Program-made: the position numbers and the translations under genes
From: Eledone cirrhosa
Lineage: Eukaryota
Direction of reading: 5' to 3'
Assembly: GCA_964016885.1 (NCBI GenBank)
Contig: OZ024740.1
Span: forward strand, 206,336,001-206,400,000
DNA length: 64,000 nt
The notes under the pieces: generated by a model
Databases searched by the model: none
The model's input: only the letters and a program-made list of their open reading frames with translations
What the model was told of the DNA's origin: nothing
In this document: positions 1 to 11,154 of the stretch, piece by piece
Position numbering within the stretch: the first letter of the stretch is position 1
How the letters are laid out: each line of letters opens with the position of its first letter

Positions 1-2412
1 CCATCACCAGGAGTCTCTCACTAGCCCCATCACCAGGAGTCTCTCACTACCCCCATCACCAGGAGTCTCCCACTACCCCCATCACCAGGAGTCTCCCACT
101 ACCCCCATCACCAGGAGTCTCCCACTACCCCCATCACCAGGAGTCTCTCACCACCCCCATCACCAGGAGTCTCCCACTACCCCCATCACAAGAAGTCTCT
201 CACCACCCCCATCATCAGAAGTCTCTCACCACCCCCATCATCAGAAGTCTCTCACCACCCCCATCATCAGGAGTCTCCCACTACCCCCATCACCAGGAGT
301 CTCCCACTACCCCCATCACCAGGAGTCTCTCACTACCCCCATCACCAGGAGTCTCCCACTACCCCCATCACCAGGAGTCTCCCACTACCCCCATCACCAG
401 GAGTCTCCCACTACCCCCATCACCAGGAGTCTCCCACTACCCCCATCACCAGGAGTCTCCCACTACCCCCACCACCAGGAGTCTCTCACTACCCCCATCA
501 CCAGGAGTCTCCCACTACCCCCATCACCAGGAGTCTCCCACTACCCCCATCACCAGGAGTCGCCCACTACCCCCATCACCAGAAGTCTCCCACTACCCCT
601 ATCACCAGGAGTCTCCCACTACCCCCATCACCAGGAGTCTCCCACTACCCCCATCACCAGAAGTATCTCACTACCCCCATCACCAGGAGTCTCCCACTAC
701 CCCCCATCACCAGGAGTCTCTCACTACCCCCATCACCAGGAGTCTCCCACTACCCCCATCACCAGAAGTCTCCCACTACCCCCATCACCAGGAGTCTCTC
801 ACTACCCCCATCACCAGAAGTATCCCACTACCCCCATCACCAGAAGTCTCTCACTACCCCCATCACCAGGAGTCTCCCACTACCCCCATCACCAGAAGTA
901 TCTCACTACCCCCATCACCAGAAGTATCTCACTACCCCCATCACCAGGAGTCTCCCACTACCCCCATCACCAGGAGTCTCCCACTACCCCCATCACCAGG
1001 AGTCTCCCACTACCCCCATCACCAGAAGTCTCCCACTACCCCCATCACCAGGAGTCTCTCACTACCCCCATCACCAGGAGTCGCCCACTACCCCCATCAC
1101 CAGGAGTCTCCCACTACCCCCATCACCAGGAGTCTCCCACTACCCCCATCACCAGGAGTCTCCCACTACCCCCATCACCAGGAGTCTCTCACTACCCCCA
1201 TCACCAGGAGTCTCCCACTACCCCCATCACCAGAAGTATCTCACTACCCCCATCACCAGGAGTCTCCCACTACCCCCATCACCAGGAGTCTCCCACTACC
1301 CCCATCACCAGGAGTCTCCCACTACCCCCATCACCAGGAGTCTCCCACTACCCCCATCACCAGAAGTATCTCACTACCCCCATCACCAGGAGTCTCCCAC
1401 TACCCCCCATCACCAGGAGTCTCCCACTACCCCCATCACCAGGAGTCTCCCACTACCCCCATCACCAGGAGTCTCCCACTACCCCCATCACCAGGAGTCT
1501 CCCACTACCCCCATCACCAGGAGTCTCCCACTACCCCCATCACCAGGAGTCTCCCACTACCCCCATCACCAGGAGTCTCCCACTACCCCCATCACCAGGA
1601 GTCGCCCACTACCCCCATCACCAGAAGTCTCTCACTACCCCCATCACCAGGAGTCTCCCACTACCCCCATCACCAGGAGTCTCTCACTACCCCCATCACC
1701 AGGAGTCTCCCACTACCCCCATCACCAGGAGTCTCCCACTACCCCCATCACCAGGAGTCTCTCACTACCCCCATCACCAGGAGTCGCCCACTACCCCCAT
1801 CACCAGGAGTCTCCCACTACCCCCATCACCAGGAGTCTCCCACTACCCCCATCACCAGGAGTCTCCCACTACCCCCATCACCAGGAGTCTCCCACTACCC
1901 CCATCACCAGGAGTCTCCCACTACCCCCATCACCAGGAGTCTCCCACTACCCCCATCACCAGGAGTCTCCCACTACCCCCATCACCAGGAGTCTCCCACT
2001 ACCCCCATCACCAGGAGTCTCCCACTACCCCCATCACCAGGAGTCTCCCACTACCCCCATCACCAGGAGTCTCCCACTACCCCCATCACCAGAAGTCTCT
2101 CACTACCCCCATCACCAGGAGTATCTCACTACCCCCATCACCAGGAGTCTCCCACTACCCCCCATCACCAGAAGTATCTCACTACCCCCATCACCAGGAG
2201 TCTCCCACTACCCCCATCACCAGAAGTATCTTACTAACCCCACCAGAAGTATCTCTACCCCCATCACCAGAAGTATCCCACTACCCCCATCACCAGGAGT
2301 CTCCCACTACCCCCCATCACCAGAAGTATCTTACTAACCCCACCACCCCCATCACCAGAAGTATCTCACCCCCCCCCCCCCCCCCCCATCACCAGGAGTC
2401 TCCCACTACCCC
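1..2412. repeat. 26-bp minisatellite, consensus CCCCCATCACCAGGAGTCTCCCACTA, about 90 copies, truncated by window start
   Basis: Period read directly (AGGAG at 61 and 87). Recurrent variants AGAAG, TCTCAC, GTATCT, GTCGCC. Degenerates after ~2220 and includes a C19 run at 2369-2387. Confidence 0.98.
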
Positions 2413-2654
2413 CACACCCTATACTAACAGTACCTAAATATGTTTAACATCCTTACATTCCCTGTTAGAAATACCACACCAATCATCATGGGTAATAGTT
2501 GACAAAATGAAAACTATATCATAATGTTACAAAGCTTCTAGTATCTATCATTATGATTGTCTCCTCTGTAGTGAGTTACCAACAGAAATTAACTTTGCAA
2601 ATTGCAGTAGATTGGAAACTTACCATTTCCTTTTTTTACTCAATTACTGAGTAT

Positions 2655-3385
2655 TTTTGCTGCATGGCAGGAATGAAAATCACAGCTGTGAAAAATGAGA
2701 CACTTGTCCTCTCAAGGAAACCTGTGCTGTGTACTCTACATGTCAGTGGAGTTCCACTGAAGCAGGTGGAGAAGTTCAAGTGTCTCAGGACCATGTTCAT
2801 AAGTGATGGAAGGCTGGAGGTTGAATTACATGTAAGAATTGCAGGAGTTGGTGTTATAATGCACCAGCTCGGCATTTAGTGATCGGAAGGGAGGTAGGCA
2901 TAAAAGCCAAACTCACTATCTTCAATTCAGTATTCATGTCAACCCTTACCTATGGTCATGAATCTTGGGTAATGACTGAAAGGCACGATCACAAATACAA
3001 ACGGCCGAAATAGAGATCCTCCGAATGGTCTTTGGAGTAACGATACTTGATCGAGTGCATAGCTTGGAGATCAGAGAGTTGTTCCAAGTAGAGCCACTAC
3101 TTCTCTGAATTGAAAGATCACAGCTCTGATACTATGGGCATGTGGTTAGAATGTCTCAGGAAAGAACGCTGAACAGATTTTATGAGCAAAACCAACCAGC
3201 AGGAGACCCAGGGGTAGAGACCCAAGCGAGATGGTTGGATAACATCCATGAGGTCGGCTCGGCTCGTCTCGCTTGGGGATCCAGCCGGATCAGTTGGAGA
3301 CAGTTGCTTCTGACAAGACCCACTGGAAGGAGTGTTTGAGGACTCTGTCCTCATGACCCTCTCAAGAATAAGTGGGCAAAGAAGA
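2655..3385 (+). mobile_element. Degenerate RTE-clade (Rex3/Expander-like) LINE, 3' part of ORF with stops and frameshifts
   Basis: Translates as AGMKITAVKNETLVLSRKPVLCTLHVSGVPLKQVEKFKCL...SDGRLEVELHVRI, then KAKLTIFNSVFMSTLTYGHESWVMTER, then ERSQL*YYGHVVRM. This is the typical end-of-RT and C-terminal motif series of RTE elements. Confidence 0.88.
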
Positions 3386-3519
3386 CCACTGTAAGTTATT
3401 GATATCTTACACTTTCTCAGTAAAATTATATTTCAGCAGATTAAAAATTTTCCATTTTTGTTTTACTGAACATTGTACCTGACAGCTACCTCAGATAATT
3501 CACTACATAAGTCTATAAG

Positions 3520-3680
3520 GGAGTCACTATGTGGTCACTTCACCTGCTAGAAACAGCAGCCAAAGCTTCAAATCACACCTTACAAATTGAATAATTCAGT
3601 AACTTATGGGTGGAGGTCATAGCTGGAATGCCTTTGATTATAAATCTGCTTAATTAAAGTTGACCTGCAACAGCAACAAC
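3520..3680 (+). mobile_element. Possible old SINE 3' remnant ending in a (CAA)-like tail
   Basis: CACCTGCTAGAAACAGCAGCCAAA...GGTCATAGCTGGAATGCCTTTGAT...CAACAGCAACAAC resembles an interspersed repeat recalled from octopus DNA; recollection only. Confidence 0.3.
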
Positions 3681-3954
3681 TAGCTCCCAGCTGCCTTAAC
3701 CCTTTAGTATTTAAACCAGCTGTATCTGGCCAGAATTCTCTCATCTCTTTCTGTTCAAACCAGCCATAACTGACCACTCATACTGATGTTAAGGTAGTGT
3801 TCTCAAAATAAATAATATCAAAATATCATAGATTTATAAACCAGCAGAACATGAACCATGTCCTTTTAAGTAGACAAAATCTCTGGCCATTATCAAATCT
3901 AATTGTGCTGTCTCTGTACTGCTAAGATGTAAGCTGGTGTAAAGGTTTACTTAC

Positions 3955-4142
3955 CTTCCAAATCAACAACAGGAGAGCACTCCATCTGTGCATCTACCTG
4001 GCTGTCTCCCTCAGCAAAACCTTCATCATCACCACTGACCCCTAGCTCCATTATGCCACAAGCATTAAAAGACAGGACAATTAGAGAGGGGCTGCTGCTG
4101 CTTATTAGACTTTTCACAGCATATGGGAACTGTTCAATAAAT
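3955..4142 (-). CDS. Candidate internal coding exon (188 bp) of an unidentified host gene
   Basis: On the minus strand the acceptor is TTCTTCCTTTTGTTCCAG|A and the donor is GAAG|GTAAGT. One frame is open throughout (FIEQFPYAVKSLISSSSPSLIVLSFNACGIMELGVSGDDEGFAEGDSQVDAQMECSPVVDLE); the other two hit early stops. More GC-rich than its flanks. Confidence 0.7.
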
Positions 4143-4189
4143 CTGGAACAAAAGGAAGAACATGATAAACATCAGCACCAACAGCAGTA

Positions 4190-4430
4190 TTAACCCTTTC
4201 GTTACTATATTTCTACTGAAAAACATCTCTGATTTTCATATCATTTTGTAAATAATCAATAATTTGAAGGGATTTAGTAATAATAAACTTACTCATTATT
4301 AAGATGGAACATAACAAAGGTTCTTAGATAAAATTATGATGGGAAGTTTTCAAAATAAGACTATAAAATAAACAGTTTTGTACCATAAAAATAGGGGCAG
4401 TTTCAGATGGTTTCTAATCAAGAGGGCTAA
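4190..4430. mobile_element. Putative degraded piggyBac-type MITE
   Basis: Begins TTAA-CCCTTT and ends AGAGGG-CTAA, matching the TTAA/CCCT...AGGG/TTAA end pattern with one TSD mismatch. AT-rich non-coding interior. A similar left end TTAACCCTTT lies at ~3697. Confidence 0.4.
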
Positions 4431-4783
4431 TACATGTTTTACATTTTGTGTGTGAGGTGTGTTTATGTCTATTCAGCTTATTATGAAGTCAAACTATTTC
4501 TCTCTGGACCACTATAATTCACTGATTACATTCTTTTTAGTTTATGGCTTAGCCAGGAAAGAATGGACTGTTCCCAGAACCTTTTTCACTGCCTCTGAAA
4601 CTAGACGGAGAAAGTTATTTTCACACCTGGCCCAAATGCTATCAACAGAGTGGGTTATGCTAAATGCATGCAACGCCCAGGTTGTGATGTTTAACAGGGA
4701 GATATATTAAACATGACATTTACACTCTACTATTGTATTGAATACCTTATTAACTGTGGTTACCCTCGATTGAACCCAGGACT

Positions 4784-4829
4784 TATATATATATATATAT
4801 ATATCATCATCATCATCATCATCATCATC
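4784..4829. repeat. (TA)n microsatellite joined to a (CAT)n tract (retroposon tail)
   Basis: Seen directly: TATATA... then CATCATCAT... Confidence 0.95.
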
Positions 4830-4952
4830 GTTTAACATCCATTTTCCACACTAGCGTGGGTTGTCCCACTAGAGGCAAATGGGTCGGGTGACCATTTCTT
4901 GCTCATATAGAATTGTTTCTGGCGAGGTTTCTACGGCTGGATGCCTTTCCTG
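4805..4952 (-). mobile_element. Short 3' end of an RTE-tailed retroposon inserted in a TA run
   Basis: (CAT)n-CGTTTAACATCC...TCCCACTAGAGGCAA...GGTTTCTACGGCTGGATGCC is clearly similar to the 3' UTR of the RTE copies at 24095 and 26719. TA repeats lie on both sides. Confidence 0.8.
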
Positions 4953-5248
4953 TATATATATTCAAATCTAAAATAGTTGGTGATAGGAAGGGCAACCAGT
5001 TATAAAAATCATGCCAAAAAAAGGGTCGAGAGGATTCTTTGGTTGTGTTGTGGGCATGACAAACTCTCTTGTGGGTGCCGTGATAAAGCACACTCAGTAC
5101 AATCTGTAGAGTACAGGAACATATGTAAGATGTAACACCCATCCACACCACCAGTCCATCTGAGAAGTCAGTGGCTCCAGCTAAGTGTTGACTTGGTCGG
5201 TGACAACCTGTTTAATCTTGCTAACAAGGAAAATAGGTATTAAATAAT

Positions 5249-5432
5249 TGTTTCTACTTTTGGCACAAGGCCAGCAATTACCTAGTACATTACTGGTACT
5301 TTATTTTATCGACCCCGTAAGGATGAAAGGCAAAGTTAACCTCGGTGGGATTTGAACTCAGACCATAAAGGGCCGTAACTCTTTGCTGCAAAGCATGGCA
5401 TCCAACCCTCTACCGATACTGCCACCGCCCTT
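5249..5432 (-). mobile_element. tRNA-derived SINE, apparently full length, with 16-bp target-site duplication
   Basis: Minus strand has A-box-like TGGCAGTATCGG, B-box GAGTTCAAATCC and central GCCTTTCATCCTTACGGGGTCGATAAAATAAAGTACCAG. Perfect TSD ATAGGTATTAAATAAT at 5233-5248 and 5433-5448. Confidence 0.92.
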
Positions 5433-5477
5433 ATAGGTATTAAATAATGGTGGTTGTGTGTGTGTGTGCATTGTAAC

Positions 5478-5660
5478 CCTCATTTTATGTCCACTTTCCA
5501 TGCTTACATGGGTTGTCACAGTTCAAGATTAGACAGATCAGAGGGACCACGTTGTGATCATATGTTCTGGCATGGTTTTTTCTACAGCTAGACCCCCTTC
5601 CTAAGGCCAACCATTTTACAGTGTTTACTGGGTGCATTTTATCATGGCACCAGCACTAAC
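5478..5660 (-). mobile_element. Old RTE-type 3' UTR/tail fragment
   Basis: GTCCACTTTCCATGCTTACATGGGTT...TTTTCTACAGCTAGACCCCTTCCTAAGGCCAACCATTTTACAGTGT aligns by eye with 24125-24265. Confidence 0.7.
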
Positions 5661-5994
5661 ACTTACTAGAGAGGTCATTGTGACCTCGACAGAGAGGAAG
5701 GAGACAGTAATGGGAGTAGCTGGAGTGGGAGAGACCTTAATAAGATCTTTAATAAATATTCAATGGAAATTGAGTTCTTGGTTCCATTTTGCCAAAAATA
5801 TTTACTGAGACTCAAGAGGTGGGAATATGAGGGAGGGGGAACATAAAGTGGTTGATGTTAGATGTGGCTTTGTAGAGATGGTGATGTCTGGCCAGTTTAG
5901 AGGCTGCAGTAGAGGCGAAGGGATACATCATAAGACTGAAGGCAGGGGTGAAGGATTGGATATAAGCAGGATTGACTGTTCTTCTTTACATAGG

Positions 5995-6478
5995 CAAAAT
6001 TGGGCAAGGAAAAATACAAGCGTGAGAGGGTAGGTGTTGGAAAGCCATATACAGAGGTGTAACCAATACGGTGAGGGTTAACAATGAGTACAGTAACAAG
6101 TTTAGCGTGCAGATGGGAGTCCACTAAGGCTCAGTTCTCAGCCCCCTCTGAGGGAGTTGTTACCAGTGCTGGCAACAAAGACATGCACGATTCACTGGAT
6201 ACGTAATGTTAGTGTGCATGAATGATAGAATACAAGTGAACTAAGAAAAAAGTTGAGTATAAAAGGATTGGAATGTAGCTGCAAGAGATGATTGTACTGG
6301 TATTGGGCATGTGATGCATAAAGAGAGCAAAAGTTGTATTTAAAAAATGCTGAACACTTGAGGTAGATGGAATCTGTGGAAGGGAGAGACCAGGATGGGA
6401 TGAAGTTGTAAAGAATGATCTCAAGAAACTAAACTTGTTGAAAGAGATGACATATAACTGAGCTCACTAGCAATATAC
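5995..6478 (+). mobile_element. Heavily degraded, internally deleted RTE LINE ORF fragments
   Basis: VRVNNEYSNKFSVQMGVH*GSVLSPL at ~6071-6148 matches VRINNEYSEEFSVKVGVHQGSVLSPL in the 27-29 kb element. A C-terminal remnant KKC*TLEVDGICGRERP..WDEVVKNDLKKLNL lies at ~6340-6450. Confidence 0.8.
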
Positions 6479-6479
6479 A

Positions 6480-6712
6480 TTAACGCTCCAACGTCTGGCA
6501 ACTGATTTGGTAGACACCCACAAGATTATTAACCATCTTTCCTACAACAACCCTGAGCACCTTTTTGAATTCCATATGTCTAACACCCATGGACATGCTT
6601 ACAAAATCAGAAAACAGTACAGCTCCCATGACTTTCGGAAACATTTTTCACGCTCAGAGTTGCTGAAGCATGGAACAAACTATCTGCATCAGTTGTTAGC
6701 TGTCGATACACA
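6480..6712 (+). mobile_element. CR1-clade LINE C-terminal fragment
   Basis: RLATDLVDTHKII...NTHGHAYKIRKQ...FRKHF/TLRVAEAWNKL..SVV follows the CR1 ORF2 end pattern (RLRGDLIETYKI...TRGH..KL...RV...WN.LP..VV), with a frameshift. Confidence 0.75.
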
Positions 6713-6849
6713 ACTATTTTCATTATCATTATTATCATGCCATCATACAACAGGCCAGTTCACAAGTTCAAGCTACAGTGTTTGGTAATGGAATGGAGGC
6801 AATATAGGGTTTGAGAGGATTCTTCTTTGTGGCCTAGCACATTACAGGT

Positions 6850-7027
6850 GTTAAGGAAAACTCACCCAGTACACCCTGTAAGGTGATTGACATGGGGAAG
6901 GGTATCCAGTTGTAGAAACCATGTTAAATATGGAATGTAGCAAGCATTAGTGTTCATTTTGACCTGTCTAGTCTCAAACAATGACAACTCATCCAACCCA
7001 TGCCAGTGTGGAGAGAGGATGTAAAAT
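6850..7027 (+). mobile_element. Old RTE-type 3' UTR/tail fragment, with its tail interrupted by a SINE
   Basis: GGAAGGGTATCCAGTTGTAGAAACCATG...TCCAACCCATGCCAGTGTGGAGAGAGGATGTAAAAT is the sense-strand version of the RTE 3' UTR. The tail AATGATGAT resumes at ~7195 after the SINE. Confidence 0.65.
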
Positions 7028-7028
7028 A

Positions 7029-7190
7029 TTTGTTTCTACTTTTTGGCATAAGGCCAGCAATTACCCAGTGCATTACTGGTACTTTATTTTATCGACCCCG
7101 TAAGGATGAATGGCAAAGTTAACTTCGGCGGGATTTGAACTCAGAATGGCAAATTCAAAGCATGGCGTCCGACACTCTACCAATACTGCC
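7029..7190 (-). mobile_element. tRNA-derived SINE, same family as 5249-5432, with internal deletion
   Basis: High similarity to 5249-5432; B-box retained (GGGATTTGAACTC on plus); only a short possible TSD (AAATA). Confidence 0.9.
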
Positions 7191-7206
7191 AAATAATGAT
7201 GATAGG

Positions 7207-7295
7207 ATTGGCTTCCTTTCAGTTCAAACCCACCAAATTCATTCACAAGTCATTGGTTAACCTGAGGCTATAGTAGACAATATTTGCTTCAGGTA
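7207..7295 (-). mobile_element. Possible remnant of a second SINE family
   Basis: GGCTTCCTTTCAGTT...ACCAAATTCATTCACAAG...TTGGT..CCTGAGGCTATAGTAGA resembles an abundant octopus SINE body as I recall it; unverified. Confidence 0.4.
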
Positions 7296-8615
7296 GTAGA
7301 GTAGGAGAGAAGCCAAATGAAGTGAAGTAGGAGTATACAAGATAGAGTCATATCCAATAACTGGTGTAGTAGTATAATAACTAATTGTGATAGTGGGAAA
7401 GGTGATGGTAGTAGTATAAACAACTAATTGTGATAGTGGGAAAGGTGATGGTACTAGTATAATAATTGTTATAGTAGGAAAGGTGATGGGAGTAGTATAA
7501 TAACTAATTGTGATAGTGGGAAAGGTCATGGTAGTAGTATAATAACTAATTGTGATAGTGGGAAATGTGATGGGAGGAGTATAATAACTAATTGTGATAT
7601 TGGGAAAGGTGATGGTAATAGTATAATAACTAATTCTGATAGTGGGAAAGGTGATGGTAGTAGTATACTAACTAATTGTGATAGTAGGAAAGGTGATGGT
7701 ATTAGTATAATAACTAATTGTGATAGTGGGAAAGGTGATGGTAGTAGTATAATAACTAATTGTGATAGTGGGAAAGGTGATTGTAGTAGTATAATAAGTA
7801 ATTGTGATAGTGGGAAATGTAATGGTAGTAGTATAATAATTGTGATAGTGGGAAAGGTGATGGTAGTAGTATAATAATTGTGATAGTGGGAAAGGTGCTG
7901 GGAGTAGTATAATAACTAATTGTGATAGTGGGAAAGGTAATGGTAGTAGTATAATAACTAATTGTGATAGTGGGAAAGGTGATGGTAGTAGTATAATAAC
8001 TAATTGTGATAGTGGGAAAGGTGATGGTAGTAGTATAATAACTAATTGTGATAGTGGGAAAGGTGATGGTAGTAGTATAATAACTAATTGTGATAGTGAG
8101 AAAGGTGATGGTAGTAGTACAATAACTAATTGTGATAGTGGGAAAGGTGATGGTAGTAGTATAATAACTAATTGTGATAGCGGGAAAGGTCATGGTAGTA
8201 GTATAATAACTAATTGTGATAGTGAGAAAGGTGATGGTAGTAGTACAATAACTAATTGTGATAGTGGGAAAGTTGATGGTAGTAGTATAATAACTAATTG
8301 AGATAGTGGGAAAGGTGATGGTAGTAGTATAATAATTGTGATAGTGGGAAAGGTGCTGGGAGTAGTATAATAATTGTGATAGTAGGAAAGGTGATGGGAG
8401 TAGTATAACTAATTCTGATAGCGGGAAAGGTGATTGTAGTAGTATAATAACTAATTGTGATAGTGGAAAGGGTGATGGTAGTAGTATAATAATTGTGATA
8501 GTGGGAAAGGTGGTGGTAGTAGTATAATAATTGTGATAGTGGGAAAGGAGATGGGAGTAGTATAATAACTAATCGTGATAGTGGGAAAGGTGATGGTAGT
8601 AGTATAATAACTAAT

Positions 8616-8789
8616 AGTTGTTTCTACGTTTGGCACAAGGCCAGCAAATACCCAGTGCATTACTGGTACTTTATTTTATCGACCCCGTAAGGATGAAAGG
8701 CAAAGTTAACCTCGACGGGATTTGAACTCAGATCGTAAAGGGACGTAACTATGCTGGAAAGCATGGCGTCCGACCTTCTACTGATACTG
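8616..8789 (-). mobile_element. tRNA-derived SINE in satellite, copy 1 of 6
   Basis: Same family as 5249-5432; junctions CTAAT|AGTTGTTTC and GATACTG|GAAA are identical in all six copies. Confidence 0.95.
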
Positions 8790-11154
8790 GAAATGTGATG
8801 GTAGTAGTATAATAACTAATTGTGATAGTGGGACACGTGATGGGAGTAGTATAATAACTAATTGTGATAGAGGGAAAGGTGATGGGAGTAGTATAATAAC
8901 TAATTGTGATAGTGGGAAAGGTGATGGGAGTAGTATAATAACTAATTGTGATAGTGGGAAAGGTGATGGTAGTAGTATAATAACTAATTGTGAGAGTGGG
9001 AAAGGTGATGGTAGAGGTATAATAACTAATTGTGATAGTGGGAAAGGTGATGGGAGTAGTATAATAACTAATTGTGATAGTGGGAAAGGTGATTGTAGTA
9101 GTGTAATAACTAATTGTGATAGTGGGAAAGGTAATGGTAGAGGTATAATAACTAATTGTGATAGTGGGAAAGGTAATGGTAGAGGTATAATAACTAATTG
9201 TGAGAGTGGGAAAGGTGATGGTAGTAGTATAATAATTAATTGTGATAGTGGGGAAAGGTGATGGGAGTAGTATAATAACTAATTGTGATAGTGGGAAAGG
9301 TGATGGTAGTAGTATAATAACTAATTGTGATAGTGGGAAAGATGATGGTAGTAGTATAATAACTAATTATGATAGTGGGAAAGGTGATGGGAGTAGTATA
9401 ATAACTAATTGTGATAGTGGGAAAGATGATGGTAGTAGTATAATAACTAATTGTGATAGTGGGAAAGGTGATGGGAGTAGTATAATAACTAATTGTGATA
9501 GTGGGAAAGGTGATGGTAGTAGTATAATAATTGTGATAGTGCGAAAGATGATGCTAGTAGTATAATAACTAATTGTGAAAGTGGGAAAGGTGATGGTAGT
9601 AGTATAATAACTAATTCTGATAGTGGGAAAGGTGTTGGTAGTAGTATAATAACTAATTGTGATAGTGGGAAAGGTGATGGTAGTAGTATAATAACTAATT
9701 GTGATAGTGGGAAAGGTGATGGTAGTAGTATAATAACTAATTGTGATAGTGGGAGAGATGATGGGAGTAGTCTAATAACTAATTGTGATAGTGGGAAAGG
9801 TGATTGTAGTAGTATAATAATTGTGATAGTGGGAAAGGTGCTGGGAGTAGTATAATAATTGTGATAGTAGGAAAGGTGATGGGAGTAGTATAACTAATTG
9901 TGATAGTGGGAAAGGTGATGGCAGTATTATAATAACTAATTGTGATAGTGGGAAAGGTGATGGGAGTAGTATAATAATTAATTGTGATAGTGGGCATGGT
10001 GATGGTAGTGGTATAATAACTAATTGTGATAGTGGGAAAGGTGGTGGTAGTAGTATAATAATTGTGATAGTGGGAAAGGTGATGGTAGTAGTATAATAAT
10101 TGTGATAGTGGGAAAGGTGCTGGGAGTAGTATAATAATTGTGATAGTAGGAAAGGTGATGGGAGTAGTATAACTAATTCTGATAGTGGGAAAGGTGATTG
10201 TAGTAGTATAACTAATTGTGATAGTGGGAAAGGTGATGGCAGTATTATAATAACTAATTGTGATAGTGGGAAAGGTGGTGGTAGTAGTATAATAATTGTG
10301 ATAGTGGGAAAGGTGGTGGTAGTAGTATAATAATTGTGATAGTGGGAAAGGTGGTGGTAGTAGTATAATAATTGTGATAGTGGGAAAGGTGATGGTAGTA
10401 GTATAATAACTAATTGTGATAGTGGGAAAGGTGATGGTAGTAGTATAATAACTAATTGTGATAGTGGGACACGTGATGGGAGTAGTATAATAACTAATTG
10501 TGATAGTGGGAAAGGTGATGGGAGTAGTATAATAACTAATTGTGAGAGTGCGAAAGGTGATGGTAGTAGTATTATAACTAATTGTGATAGTGGGAAAGGT
10601 GATGGTAGTAGTATAATAACTAATTGTGATAGTGGGAAAGGTCATGGTAGTAGTATAATAACTAATTGTGATAGCGGGAAAGGTCATGGTAGTAGTATAA
10701 TAACTAATTGTGATAGTGAGAAAGGTGATGGTAGTAGTACAATAACTAATTGTGATAGTGGGAAAGTTGATGGTAGTAGTATAATAACTAATTGAGATAG
10801 TGGGAAAGGTGATGGTAGTAGTATAATAATTGTGATAGTGGGAAAGGTGCTGGGAGTAGTATAATAATTGTGATAGTAGGAAAGGTGATGGGAGTAGTAT
10901 AATAACTAATCGTGATAGTGGGAAAGGTGATGGTAGTAGTATAATAACTAATTCTGATAGCGGGAAAGGTGATTGTAGTAGTATAATAACTAATTGTGAT
11001 AGTGGAAAGGGTGATGGTAGTAGTATAATAATTGTGATAGTGGGAAAGGTGGTGGTAGTAGTATAATAATTGTGATAGTGGGAAAAAAGATGGGAGTAGT
11101 ATAATAACTAATCGTGATAGTGGGAAAGGTGATGGTAGTAGTATAATAACTAAT

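Noticed and set aside
4459-5151. Short ORFs 4459-4710 (+) and 4903-5151 (-)
   Set aside because: No recognisable domain or convincing splice signals; the second overlaps retroposon tail fragments.
5249-5432. tRNA gene
   Set aside because: It has A/B boxes but continues into a SINE body and tail, has a TSD and is multi-copy; no convincing cloverleaf.
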